Assembly: GCA_964234715.1 (NCBI GenBank)
Contig: OZ174280.1
Reading direction: 5' to 3' (one strand)
From: Podarcis melisellensis
Taxonomy: Eukaryota
DNA length: 64,000 nucleotides
Shown here: positions 1 through 11,821 of the stretch, piece by piece
How positions within the stretch are numbered: position 1 is the stretch's first letter
Layout: each line of letters begins with the position of its first letter
The notes under the pieces: generated by a model
What the model was told of the DNA's origin: nothing
Database searches by the model: none
Seen by the model: only the letters and a program-made list of their open reading frames with translations
Position numbers and translations under genes: made by a program

Positions 1-142
1 TTTACTTAGATCTGCAAGACCTAAGTCAGAACAACTGCACTTTAGGCAGACGTGCATTAACTACAAGGGCTACAAAATTGTACAGAGTCATGTGCACATC
101 TATGGACCAGGGACAGTGATTGTACAAGTGAATGAAAATAAC

Positions 143-325
143 CTTTGCATTTTGGAAGTTTAGTCCAGTTCACAGAGTTTGAGCCTTCTAAAATACAGGT
201 AACCAGATACTCTCCTTCGAGGGAATAACCGCCATCACAAATGTATATTACAGAACTCCCATAGGTGAGGTCTTCTCCTATATTCTTTCCATGCGCAATG
301 CTTGGTGGTGGTGGACAACGCATTA
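143..325 (-). CDS. CCP37 (type E)
   Basis: cag acceptor, gttatt donor, 183 nt. Confidence 0.85.
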
Positions 326-436
326 CTGCAAAAAGAAAAGAAAACCAGAAGTTGATATAATGATGCTAACTGAGAATTCCCAAGTATCACTTGCTCTGTG
401 TTTTTAGCCAGCAAGGATAGGCAGGGAAATACCAAC

Positions 437-619
437 CTTCACACTGGGGTAAAGGTTGACTCCAAGCTCCAGAGGCTGTACACTGAATGGAAGCCTTGCC
501 ACGTAACAGGTAGCCACGGTCACAGGTGTAATTGACGTATCTTCCTGTAGCAAAATGAGCTTCTCCATGGCCATTGTGATCACCATTTGGAATAGGCAGA
601 GGAGGGGGACACTGCAATT
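437..619 (-). CDS. CCP36 (type D)
   Basis: tag acceptor, gttggt donor, 183 nt. Confidence 0.85.
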
Positions 620-971
620 CTAAAGCAAAACTATATGAGCACCAAGCCTATCTCAAAGCAAATAGAAACCGTCCCAATTCTTGATCCGAGGATTACAACT
701 CCTTCACTATAGTAGATTCTAGTTTTTGTAGCTAGCATAAGCTACCTTCACCCCCACTAATCATGGTTTGAGATCACAGGAGTACCAGCCCTCTTCTCCT
801 ACTATTATGGACTATTGTTCCAACCCATGTCTGCCATGTAGATCCAGGTTCAGAACGAGTATTTCTGGTCCAGAGGTTCTTTGTAAGGGCACCATTGTGT
901 GCTACGCTCTGGGTAGCATGTTATGTCCCTGCTGGAAAAAAGCCACTAGGGCCTATGATCAAGACACACAC

Positions 972-1154
972 CTTCACAGTGAGGGGCAGGAGCACTCCAT
1001 GTTCCAGAGGTTGTGCAATAAATAGTTCCCTCTCCAGTAAGTGAGTAGCCAGGCTCACAGCTGTATTTCACAAACATTCCATTGGTGAACACTGATGATC
1101 CCTCATTGCTGTGAATCCCATTTTGGATACTTAGGGGTGGCTGGCATTGAATTT
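972..1154 (-). CDS. CCP35 (type C, Leu variant)
   Basis: cag acceptor, gtgtgt donor, 183 nt. Confidence 0.85.
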
Positions 1155-1324
1155 CTGAAAGGAAAAGAGTGTACTTACAATGTCAAGACCATTCAAAGTT
1201 ATTCTTCCATCATCTTTGTGTACTTCTTGTTTTCTACATGTATACAGTTTGAATCTCTTCTCCATCGGCTTGTACAGAATACTGTGCCACCCTATGTCTC
1301 GTGTATTGCAATCCAGAAACCTAC

Positions 1325-1507
1325 TTTTGCAGTGAGGAGCAGGAGCAGACCATTTGCCAGATGGGGTGCAATAAATTGTTGCCTCTCCATGTAGAGAGTA
1401 GCCAGGCTCACATGTGTAATTCACAGACATTCCACTGGTAAACACTGACAATTCCTGGTGGCTGTGATTCCCATTTTGGATTTTTGTGGGTTGCTGGCAC
1501 TGAATCT
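1325..1507 (-). CDS. CCP34 (type B)
   Basis: cag acceptor, gtaggt donor, 183 nt. Confidence 0.85.
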
Positions 1508-2002
1508 CTGACAGAGGAATAGAAGTGGAATCTAGCAGAAAATAAATAAGAAAGATTCTTCAACTCAAGGAACCATAATAGTTTCCTGTATGCAGATAGT
1601 ATCTCAAATGACCTAATTCAGTACACTTGTTTTCTCATTTCCAGTACAAATAGATGTGGGGGCAAGTAATTGTGACAATATTGGGAGGAGGTGTTTGAGC
1701 ATGGATAGAGAGAAACTGTGGCACCCTCTCCCCACAAATGTTTGCTTAATATCTTTAAGGTATAGCTTTTGCCACATGCTGAAAATGCAATTCTTTCCCC
1801 TTTGACATTTAAAAATATTGTATTTTATGGGTCCCATAACACTTTTTTACTGAATTAGAGCTGTTCTGCTCCGTATCAAATGGTTTTACTTGTTTTATCA
1901 TTTTAAGTGTTTTATCTCTTTTTATAATCATTTTATTATTTTATTATATTTTGATAGTAGCACTGTTATTCATCTGGAAAAGCTAAATTTATTGCCACCT
2001 AC

Positions 2003-2188
2003 GTTGTCTGCTTTTACAATGCGGAACAGATTGATCCCATGTTCCAGAAGTCAGACAGTGTATTGTCGCAGCTCCAGTAAGAAAGTAGTCAGGGTCACAA
2101 CGATACGTCACAGAGGAGCCATAAGGAAAATCTTCCAGACTTTCAGTGTCACGTTCCCCATTGGCAATCGCTTGAGGTGCAGGGCAAC
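2003..2188 (-). CDS. CCP33 (type A)
   Basis: Copy at the 2228-bp period. Confidence 0.8.
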
Positions 2189-2370
2189 CTGTGGAGAAAT
2201 GTTTCAATGCAGAACTATCATCAGAGCTTTTACTTAGATCTGCAAGACCTAAGTCAGAACAACTGCACTTTAGGCAGACGTGCATTAACTACATGGGCTA
2301 CAAAATTGTACAGAGTCATGTGCACATCTATGGACCAGGGACAGTGATTGTACAAGTGAATGAAAATAAC

Positions 2371-2553
2371 CTTTGCATTTTGGAAGTTTAGTCCAGTTCA
2401 CAGAGTTTGAGCCTTCTAAAATACAGGTAACCAGATACTCTCCTTCGAGGGAATAACCGCCATCACAAATGTATATTACAGAACTCCCATAGGTGAGGTC
2501 TTCTCCTATATTCTTTCCATGCGCAATGCTTGGTGGTGGTGGACAACGCATTA
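2371..2553 (-). CDS. CCP32 (type E)
   Basis: Copy at the 2228-bp period. Confidence 0.85.
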
Positions 2554-2664
2554 CTGCAAAAAGAAAAGAAAACCAGAAGTTGATATAATGATGCTAACTG
2601 AGAATTCCCAAGTATCACTTGCTCTGTGTTTTTAGCCAGCAAGGATAGGCAGGGAAATACCAAC

Positions 2665-2847
2665 CTTCACACTGGGGTAAAGGTTGACTCCAAGCTCCAG
2701 AGGCTGTACACTGAATGGAAGCCTTGCCACGTAACAGGTAGCCACGGTCACAGGTGTAATTGACGTATCTTCCTGTAGCAAAATGAGCTTCTCCATGGCC
2801 ATTGTGATCACCATTTGGAATAGGCAGAGGAGGGGGACACTGCAATT
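2665..2847 (-). CDS. CCP31 (type D)
   Basis: Copy at the 2228-bp period. Confidence 0.85.
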
Positions 2848-3199
2848 CTAAAGCAAAACTATATGAGCACCAAGCCTATCTCAAAGCAAATAGAAACCGT
2901 CCCAATTCTTGATCCGAGGATTACAACTCCTTCACTATAGTAGATTCTAGTTTTTGTAGCTAGCATAAGCTACCTTCACCCCCACTAATCATGGTTTGAG
3001 ATCACAGGAGTACCAGCCCTCTTCTCCTACTATTATGGACTATTGTTCCAACCCATGTCTGCCATGTAGATCCAGGTTCAGAACGAGTATTTCTGGTCCA
3101 GAGGTTCTTTGTAAGGGCACCATTGTGTGCTACGCTCTGGGTAGCATGTTATGTCCCTGCTGGAAAAAAGCCACTAGGGCCTATGATCAAGACACACAC

Positions 3200-3382
3200 C
3201 TTCACAGTGAGGGGCAGGAGCACTCCATGTTCCAGAGGTTGTGCAATAAATAGTTCCCTCTCCAGTAAGTGAGTAGCCAGGCTCACAGCTGTATTTCACA
3301 AACATTCCATTGGTGAACACTGATGATCCCTCATTGCTGTGAATCCCATTTTGGATACTTGGGGGTGGCTGGCATTGAATTT
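3200..3382 (-). CDS. CCP30 (type C, Pro variant)
   Basis: Repeat copy; IQCQPPPSIQNG. Confidence 0.85.
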
Positions 3383-3552
3383 CTGAAAGGAAAAGAGTGT
3401 ACTTACAATGTCAAGACCATTCAAAGTTATTCTTCCATCATCTTTGTGTACTTCTTGTTTTCTACATGTATACAGTTTGAATCTCTTCTCCATCGGCTTG
3501 TACAGAATACTGTGCCACCCTATGTCTCGTGTATTGCAATCCAGAAACCTAC

Positions 3553-3735
3553 TTTTGCAGTGAGGAGCAGGAGCAGACCATTTGCCAGATGGGGTGCAAT
3601 AAATTGTTGCCTCTCCATGTAGAGAGTAGCCAGGCTCACATGTGTAATTCACAGACATTCCACTGGTAAACACTGACAATTCCTGGTGGCTGTGATTCCC
3701 ATTTTGGATTTTTGTGGGTTGCTGGCACTGAATCT
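3553..3735 (-). CDS. CCP29 (type B)
   Basis: Copy at the 2228-bp period. Confidence 0.85.
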
Positions 3736-4230
3736 CTGACAGAGGAATAGAAGTGGAATCTAGCAGAAAATAAATAAGAAAGATTCTTCAACTCAAGGAA
3801 CCATAATAGTTTCCTGTATGCAGATAGTATCTCAAATGACCTAATTCAGTACACTTGTTTTCTCATTTCCAGTACAAATAGATGTGGGGGCAAGTAATTG
3901 TGACAATATTGGGAGGAGGTGTTTGAGCATGGATAGAGAGAAACTGTGGCACCCTCTCCCCACAAATGTTTGCTTAATATCTTTAAGGTATAGCTTTTGC
4001 CACATGCTGAAAATGCAATTCTTTCCCCTTTGACATTTAAAAATATTGTATTTTATGGGTCCCATAACACTTTTTTACTGAATTAGAGCTGTTCTGCTCC
4101 GTATCAAATGGTTTTACTTGTTTTATCATTTTAAGTGTTTTATCTCTTTTTATAATCATTTTATTATTTTATTATATTTTGATAGTAGCACTGTTATTCA
4201 TCTGGAAAAGCTAAATTTATTGCCACCTAC

Positions 4231-4416
4231 GTTGTCTGCTTTTACAATGCGGAACAGATTGATCCCATGTTCCAGAAGTCAGACAGTGTATTGTCGCAGC
4301 TCCAGTAAGAAAGTAGTCAGGGTCACAACGATACGTCACAGAGGAGCCATAAGGAAAATCTTCCAGACTTTCAGTGTCACGTTCCCCATTGGCAATCGCT
4401 TGAGGTGCAGGGCAAC
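4231..4416 (-). CDS. CCP28 (type A)
   Basis: Copy at the 2228-bp period. Confidence 0.8.
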
Positions 4417-4598
4417 CTGTGGAGAAATGTTTCAATGCAGAACTATCATCAGAGCTTTTACTTAGATCTGCAAGACCTAAGTCAGAACAACTGCACTTTA
4501 GGCAGACGTGCATTAACTACATGGGCTACAAAATTGTACAGAGTCATGTGCACATCTATGGACCAGGGACAGTGATTGTACAAGTGAATGAAAATAAC

Positions 4599-4781
4599 CT
4601 TTGCATTTTGGAAGTTTAGTCCAGTTCACAGAGTTTGAGCCTTCTAAAATACAGGTAACCAGATACTCTCCTTCGAGGGAATAACCGCCATCACAAATGT
4701 ATATTACAGAACTCCCATAGGTGAGGTCTTCTCCTATATTCTTTCCATGCGCAATGCTTGGTGGTGGTGGACAACGCATTA
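4599..4781 (-). CDS. CCP27 (type E)
   Basis: Copy at the 2228-bp period. Confidence 0.85.
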
Positions 4782-4892
4782 CTGCAAAAAGAAAAGAAAA
4801 CCAGAAGTTGATATAATGATGCTAACTGAGAATTCCCAAGTATCACTTGCTCTGTGTTTTTAGCCAGCAAGGATAGGCAGGGAAATACCAAC

Positions 4893-5075
4893 CTTCACAC
4901 TGGGGTAAAGGTTGACTCCAAGCTCCAGAGGCTGTACACTGAATGGAAGCCTTGCCACGTAACAGGTAGCCACGGTCACAGGTGTAATTGACGTATCTTC
5001 CTGTAGCAAAATGAGCTTCTCCATGGCCATTGTGATCACCATTTGGAATAGGCAGAGGAGGGGGACACTGCAATT
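4893..5075 (-). CDS. CCP26 (type D)
   Basis: Copy at the 2228-bp period. Confidence 0.85.
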
Positions 5076-5427
5076 CTAAAGCAAAACTATATGAGCACCA
5101 AGCCTATCTCAAAGCAAATAGAAACCGTCCCAATTCTTGATCCGAGGATTACAACTCCTTCACTATAGTAGATTCTAGTTTTTGTAGCTAGCATAAGCTA
5201 CCTTCACCCCCACTAATCATGGTTTGAGATCACAGGAGTACCAGCCCTCTTCTCCTACTATTATGGACTATTGTTCCAACCCATGTCTGCCATGTAGATC
5301 CAGGTTCAGAACGAGTATTTCTGGTCCAGAGGTTCTTTGTAAGGGCACCATTGTGTGCTACGCTCTGGGTAGCATGTTATGTCCCTGCTGGAAAAAAGCC
5401 ACTAGGGCCTATGATCAAGACACACAC

Positions 5428-5610
5428 CTTCACAGTGAGGGGCAGGAGCACTCCATGTTCCAGAGGTTGTGCAATAAATAGTTCCCTCTCCAGTAAGTGA
5501 GTAGCCAGGCTCACAGCTGTATTTCACAAACATTCCATTGGTGAACACTGATGATCCCTCATTGCTGTGAATCCCATTTTGGATACTTGGGGGTGGCTGG
5601 CATTGAATTT
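5428..5610 (-). CDS. CCP25 (type C, Pro variant)
   Basis: Repeat copy; IQCQPPPSIQNG. Confidence 0.85.
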
Positions 5611-5780
5611 CTGAAAGGAAAAGAGTGTACTTACAATGTCAAGACCATTCAAAGTTATTCTTCCATCATCTTTGTGTACTTCTTGTTTTCTACATGTATA
5701 CAGTTTGAATCTCTTCTCCATCGGCTTGTACAGAATACTGTGCCACCCTATGTCTCGTGTATTGCAATCCAGAAACCTAC

Positions 5781-5963
5781 TTTTGCAGTGAGGAGCAGGA
5801 GCAGACCATTTGCCAGATGGGGTGCAATAAATTGTTGCCTCTCCATGTAGAGAGTAGCCAGGCTCACATGTGTAATTCACAGACATTCCACTGGTAAACA
5901 CTGACAATTCCTGGTGGCTGTGATTCCCATTTTGGATTTTTGTGGGTTGCTGGCACTGAATCT
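5781..5963 (-). CDS. CCP24 (type B)
   Basis: Copy at the 2228-bp period. Confidence 0.85.
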
Positions 5964-6458
5964 CTGACAGAGGAATAGAAGTGGAATCTAGCAGAAAATA
6001 AATAAGAAAGATTCTTCAACTCAAGGAACCATAATAGTTTCCTGTATGCAGATAGTATCTCAAATGACCTAATTCAGTACACTTGTTTTCTCATTTCCAG
6101 TACAAATAGATGTGGGGGCAAGTAATTGTGACAATATTGGGAGGAGGTGTTTGAGCATGGATAGAGAGAAACTGTGGCACCCTCTCCCCACAAATGTTTG
6201 CTTAATATCTTTAAGGTATAGCTTTTGCCACATGCTGAAAATGCAATTCTTTCCCCTTTGACATTTAAAAATATTGTATTTTATGGGTCCCATAACACTT
6301 TTTTACTGAATTAGAGCTGTTCTGCTCCGTATCAAATGGTTTTACTTGTTTTATCATTTTAAGTGTTTTATCTCTTTTTATAATCATTTTATTATTTTAT
6401 TATATTTTGATAGTAGCACTGTTATTCATCTGGAAAAGCTAAATTTATTGCCACCTAC

Positions 6459-6644
6459 GTTGTCTGCTTTTACAATGCGGAACAGATTGATCCCATGTTC
6501 CAGAAGTCAGACAGTGTATTGTCGCAGCTCCAGTAAGAAAGTAGTCAGGGTCACAACGATACGTCACAGAGGAGCCATAAGGAAAATCTTCCAGACTTTC
6601 AGTGTCACGTTCCCCATTGGCAATCGCTTGAGGTGCAGGGCAAC
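6459..6644 (-). CDS. CCP23 (type A)
   Basis: Copy at the 2228-bp period. Confidence 0.8.
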
Positions 6645-6826
6645 CTGTGGAGAAATGTTTCAATGCAGAACTATCATCAGAGCTTTTACTTAGATCTGCA
6701 AGACCTAAGTCAGAACAACTGCACTTTAGGCAGACGTGCATTAACTACAAGGGCTACAAAATTGTACAGAGTCATGTGCACATCTATGGACCAGGGACAG
6801 TGATTGTACAAGTGAATGAAAATAAC

Positions 6827-7009
6827 CTTTGCATTTTGGAAGTTTAGTCCAGTTCACAGAGTTTGAGCCTTCTAAAATACAGGTAACCAGATACTCTCCT
6901 TCGAGGGAATAACCGCCATCACAAATGTATATTACAGAACTCCCATAGGTGAGGTCTTCTCCTATATTCTTTCCATGCGCAATGCTTGGTGGTGGTGGAC
7001 AACGCATTA
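6827..7009 (-). CDS. CCP22 (type E)
   Basis: Copy at the 2228-bp period. Confidence 0.85.
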
Positions 7010-7120
7010 CTGCAAAAAGAAAAGAAAACCAGAAGTTGATATAATGATGCTAACTGAGAATTCCCAAGTATCACTTGCTCTGTGTTTTTAGCCAGCAAGG
7101 ATAGGCAGGGAAATACCAAC

Positions 7121-7303
7121 CTTCACACTGGGGTAAAGGTTGACTCCAAGCTCCAGAGGCTGTACACTGAATGGAAGCCTTGCCACGTAACAGGTAGCCA
7201 CGGTCACAGGTGTAATTGACGTATCTTCCTGTAGCAAAATGAGCTTCTCCATGGCCATTGTGATCACCATTTGGAATAGGCAGAGGAGGGGGACACTGCA
7301 ATT
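7121..7303 (-). CDS. CCP21 (type D)
   Basis: Copy at the 2228-bp period. Confidence 0.85.
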
Positions 7304-7655
7304 CTAAAGCAAAACTATATGAGCACCAAGCCTATCTCAAAGCAAATAGAAACCGTCCCAATTCTTGATCCGAGGATTACAACTCCTTCACTATAGTAGA
7401 TTCTAGTTTTTGTAGCTAGCATAAGCTACCTTCACCCCCACTAATCATGGTTTGAGATCACAGGAGTACCAGCCCTCTTCTCCTACTATTATGGACTATT
7501 GTTCCAACCCATGTCTGCCATGTAGATCCAGGTTCAGAACGAGTATTTCTGGTCCAGAGGTTCTTTGTAAGGGCACCATTGTGTGCTACGCTCTGGGTAG
7601 CATGTTATGTCCCTGCTGGAAAAAAGCCACTAGGGCCTATGATCAAGACACACAC

Positions 7656-7838
7656 CTTCACAGTGAGGGGCAGGAGCACTCCATGTTCCAGAGGTTGTGC
7701 AATAAATAGTTCCCTCTCCAGTAAGTGAGTAGCCAGGCTCACAGCTGTATTTCACAAACATTCCATTGGTGAACACTGATGATCCCTCATTGCTGTGAAT
7801 CCCATTTTGGATACTTAGGGGTGGCTGGCATTGAATTT
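7656..7838 (-). CDS. CCP20 (repeat exon type C, Leu variant)
   Basis: 183 nt; IQCQPPLSIQNG...APHCE. Confidence 0.88.
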
Positions 7839-8008
7839 CTGAAAGGAAAAGAGTGTACTTACAATGTCAAGACCATTCAAAGTTATTCTTCCATCATCTT
7901 TGTGTACTTCTTGTTTTCTACATGTATACAGTTTGAATCTCTTCTCCATCGGCTTGTACAGAATACTGTGCCACCCTATGTCTCGTGTATTGCAATCCAG
8001 AAACCTAC

Positions 8009-8191
8009 TTTTGCAGTGAGGAGCAGGAGCAGACCATTTGCCAGATGGGGTGCAATAAATTGTTGCCTCTCCATGTAGAGAGTAGCCAGGCTCACATGTG
8101 TAATTCACAGACATTCCACTGGTAAACACTGACAATTCCTGGTGGCTGTGATTCCCATTTTGGATTTTTGTGGGTTGCTGGCACTGAATCT
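8009..8191 (-). CDS. CCP19 (repeat exon type B)
   Basis: 183 nt; IQCQQPTKIQNG...APHCK. Confidence 0.88.
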
Positions 8192-8686
8192 CTGACAGAG
8201 GAATAGAAGTGGAATCTAGCAGAAAATAAATAAGAAAGATTCTTCAACTCAAGGAACCATAATAGTTTCCTGTATGCAGATAGTATCTCAAATGACCTAA
8301 TTCAGTACACTTGTTTTCTCATTTCCAGTACAAATAGATGTGGGGGCAAGTAATTGTGACAATATTGGGAGGAGGTGTTTGAGCATGGATAGAGAGAAAC
8401 TGTGGCACCCTCTCCCCACAAATGTTTGCTTAATATCTTTAAGGTATAGCTTTTGCCACATGCTGAAAATGCAATTCTTTCCCCTTTGACATTTAAAAAT
8501 ATTGTATTTTATGGGTCCCATAACACTTTTTTACTGAATTAGAGCTGTTCTGCTCCGTATCAAATGGTTTTACTTGTTTTATCATTTTAAGTGTTTTATC
8601 TCTTTTTATAATCATTTTATTATTTTATTATATTTTGATAGTAGCACTGTTATTCATCTGGAAAAGCTAAATTTATTGCCACCTAC

Positions 8687-8872
8687 GTTGTCTGCTTTTA
8701 CAATGCGGAACAGATTGATCCCATGTTCCAGAAGTCAGACAGTGTATTGTCGCAGCTCCAGTAAGAAAGTAGTCAGGGTCACAACGATACGTCACAGAGG
8801 AGCCATAAGGAAAATCTTCCAGACTTTCAGTGTCACGTTCCCCATTGGCAATCGCTTGAGGTGCAGGGCAAC
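8687..8872 (-). CDS. CCP18 (repeat exon type A)
   Basis: 186 nt; GCPAPQAIANG...PHCKSRQ; donor C|gtaggt. Confidence 0.82.
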
Positions 8873-9054
8873 CTGTGGAGAAATGTTTCAATGCAGAACT
8901 ATCATCAGAGCTTTTACTTAGATCTGCAAGACCTAAGTCAGAACAACTGCACTTTAGGCAGACGTGCATTAACTACAAGGGCTACAAAATTGTACAGAGT
9001 CATGTGCACATCTATGGACCAGGGACAGTGATTGTACAAGTGAATGAAAATAAC

Positions 9055-9237
9055 CTTTGCATTTTGGAAGTTTAGTCCAGTTCACAGAGTTTGAGCCTTC
9101 TAAAATACAGGTAACCAGATACTCTCCTTCGAGGGAATAACCGCCATCACAAATGTATATTACAGAACTCCCATAGGTGAGGTCTTCTCCTATATTCTTT
9201 CCATGCGCAATGCTTGGTGGTGGTGGACAACGCATTA
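9055..9237 (-). CDS. CCP17 (repeat exon type E)
   Basis: 183 nt; VMRCPPPPSIAHG...LPKCK. Confidence 0.88.
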
Positions 9238-9348
9238 CTGCAAAAAGAAAAGAAAACCAGAAGTTGATATAATGATGCTAACTGAGAATTCCCAAGTATC
9301 ACTTGCTCTGTGTTTTTAGCCAGCAAGGATAGGCAGGGAAATACCAAC

Positions 9349-9531
9349 CTTCACACTGGGGTAAAGGTTGACTCCAAGCTCCAGAGGCTGTACACTGAAT
9401 GGAAGCCTTGCCACGTAACAGGTAGCCACGGTCACAGGTGTAATTGACGTATCTTCCTGTAGCAAAATGAGCTTCTCCATGGCCATTGTGATCACCATTT
9501 GGAATAGGCAGAGGAGGGGGACACTGCAATT
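9349..9531 (-). CDS. CCP16 (repeat exon type D)
   Basis: 183 nt; LQCPPPLPIPNG...LPQCE. Confidence 0.88.
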
Positions 9532-10091
9532 CTAAAGCAAAACTATATGAGCACCAAGCCTATCTCAAAGCAAATAGAAACCGTCCCAATTCTTGATCCG
9601 AGGATTACAACTCCTTCACTATAGTAGATTCTAGTTTTTGTAGCTAGCATAAGCTACCTTTACCCCCACTAATCATGGTTTGAGATCACAGGAGTACCAG
9701 CCCTCTTCTCCTACTATTATGGACTATTGTTCCAACCCATGTCTGCCATGTAGATCCAGGTTCAGAATGAGTATTTCTGGTCCAGAGGTTCTTTATAAGG
9801 GCACCATTGTGTGCTACGCTCTGGGTAGCATGTTACGTCACCACTTCCCAATCTGGCTTTGACTTTCCTAACAGACAGCTCACACTCTCCGTTATCCTAT
9901 GCAAAACAAAACTCTGTGTGATAAAGTTCCAAAATATGTGCTTCCAGTTTGAGGCAGCATTACTATAAGAATGTGTCTGAATCAATGGTTTTCAATGTAG
10001 AAAGGAAGAATCATGAGTGAACACCAGTTCTAAATTTTGTAGCCTTCACTCCTAGAACTATCCCAATAAAACTTATGACCAAGAATCTTAC

Positions 10092-10274
10092 TTTTGCAGT
10101 GAGGAGCAGAGGAAGACCATGTACCAGATGCTGTACAGTGAACAGTTGCATTTCCAGTAAGAAAGTAGCCAGGCTCACATGTGTAATTCACAGACATTCC
10201 ACTGGTAAACACTGATAATTCATGGTGGCTGTGATTCCCATTTTCAATCTTTGCAGGTGGCTGGCACAGAGTTT
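10092..10274 (-). CDS. CCP15 exon (ETLCQPPAKIENG...APHCK)
   Basis: 183 nt; gtaaga donor. Confidence 0.9.
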
Positions 10275-11182
10275 CTGACAAGAGAGCAAAAGCGGTAGAT
10301 AGAAAAAAGTAAAAATAAATAAATAAAACATTTACCACAAGGAATCATAATTGCTTCCTATGTGCAGATAGGAATGAGCTAAGCTGGTACTCTAGATTCT
10401 TCCAAGTCCCATGATACAGAAGCTCTTCCTGTCAGCCATTAAAGGTCCACAGAGATCCAGGTTCAGAGAGAGTATTCCTGGTTCAGAGGTGCTGACATTG
10501 TTTTAAAAGGGCACCATTGTGTGAACTCGGGTGAACTATTGCCTTTAAGGCAGCATGTACTGTGCCCTGTGAAAAAGGCCACCAGTGCCAGCGAACAGGA
10601 ATATGGGGATTAAAACACGGAAAGTTGGTTCCGAACTTGTGGGTCAGGTAAAGCCTGGGCAAAGACAAGACATCTGAAGCAACTAGTGGTTGTTCCCACA
10701 TCTAGGCACCACAGTCTCTGTCCAACCAAGGTTGAGTGCATCTTCCTTCCTTTACTAGTGATATTGCCTATCATTATTGGTTGGATTTCTATTTCAAAAT
10801 TCAGTTCAATCAATTAAAAACAGAACTTGCTGAGTTTTCCCCTCTTGTGTTTAGGGGAAGGGAGCTGTACTGTAGAACATTTGTTTCATGAAGAAGATCC
10901 CTGGCTTCTCCAGGTAAGGCTGGAAATGCCCCCCCCCCGAAACACAGTTGTGTGACTCCATATAAGGCAGCTTCCCATATTCCTAATTTGGGAGGGAAGT
11001 AAGTGGGTGGTGTTTTTTTTGTGTGTGCGGGAGTGTGTCAAGTTAGATAAGTTTGTTAGATACGTTTGTATGTTTTGTGGCTCGTATCTGGAAACTCCCA
11101 AGGAGGACTTCAACAGATTTAACTAACTTTTTTGCTTATCACGGAAAAATGAAATCCAGTCAAAGCTGTGCTTAGTACCTAC

Positions 11183-11362
11183 CCCTTACACAGATGGGTG
11201 TGGGAGAATCCCATGTGCTGTCAAACTGGCACTGAATTGTATGGTTGCCTTTCAGGATATAGCCAGGGTCACATTCAAATGTAATTGTCTCTGTGGGCTT
11301 AACTTGCCCTTTAGATCTTGTTATTCTTCCATTCTGAATTTTTGGACTTACACAGCCAGTGA
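11183..11362 (-). CDS. CCP14 exon, paralog of CCP5 (TGCVSPKIQNG...PICVR)
   Basis: 180 nt; absent from the ORF track, translated by hand. Confidence 0.88.
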
Positions 11363-11821
11363 CTGCAAAGGAAAATATAAAGTAGCTAGTAGACTACATA
11401 GTGTATGTCAGCTGCAGTAAGGAGTATATTGTAGAGCCGTTTTCTTAATACATTTAATGTAAAGCTCAAACTTTAAATTGTTATATAAGGCTCTTTATGG
11501 ATCAATAGCAAGATAGTGCAACATACATTTTGGAATTAGAAAGTCTCAGCTTAGACTGCCTAGGAATAGCAAGGAAATGAGACCCAAAAAAAGAAAAGAA
11601 TGGTCACTCCATTGGTCAGGCCTTGTTCCATTAACAGAGCTGTATATATGTGGCTCACACATAATATTTGAGGTGCCCTTCCCTTAAGGACTTAACTGGG
11701 GCTATAATTTTCAATGCAGAAATAAGGTACTTGTATGAACATTCACTTGCATTTTAAATCTGTTTTGACTGGTTAGCCTATACAAAGCCAAAATGAAAAT
11801 CCAGTGTAGCAGAATACTTGC

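Larger units (their letters stand above)
1..9839. repeat. 2,228-bp intragenic tandem repeat, ~4.4 copies visible, near-identical, open at the left edge
   Basis: The same ORF set recurs at offsets 0, 2228, 4456, 6684 and 8912; similarity ends at ~9839. Confidence 0.98.

Noticed and set aside
1131-1133. Apparent stop-codon polymorphism (106-aa vs 127-aa ORF)
   Set aside because: The stop lies in the unspliced read-through frame of exon B. In the true exon C frame the change is Leu/Pro.
1-9839. Recurrent plus-strand ORFs (MRSQEY..., MIPHCC..., MFYHFK...) in the array
   Set aside because: They are antisense shadows of CCP exons and introns, repeated only because the DNA is repeated, and have no domain signal.
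1-9839. CRISPR-like array or a cluster of separate small genes
   Set aside because: The context is eukaryotic, and the units are identical exon-intron blocks with phase-1 splice sites, no variable spacers and no individual starts or stops.
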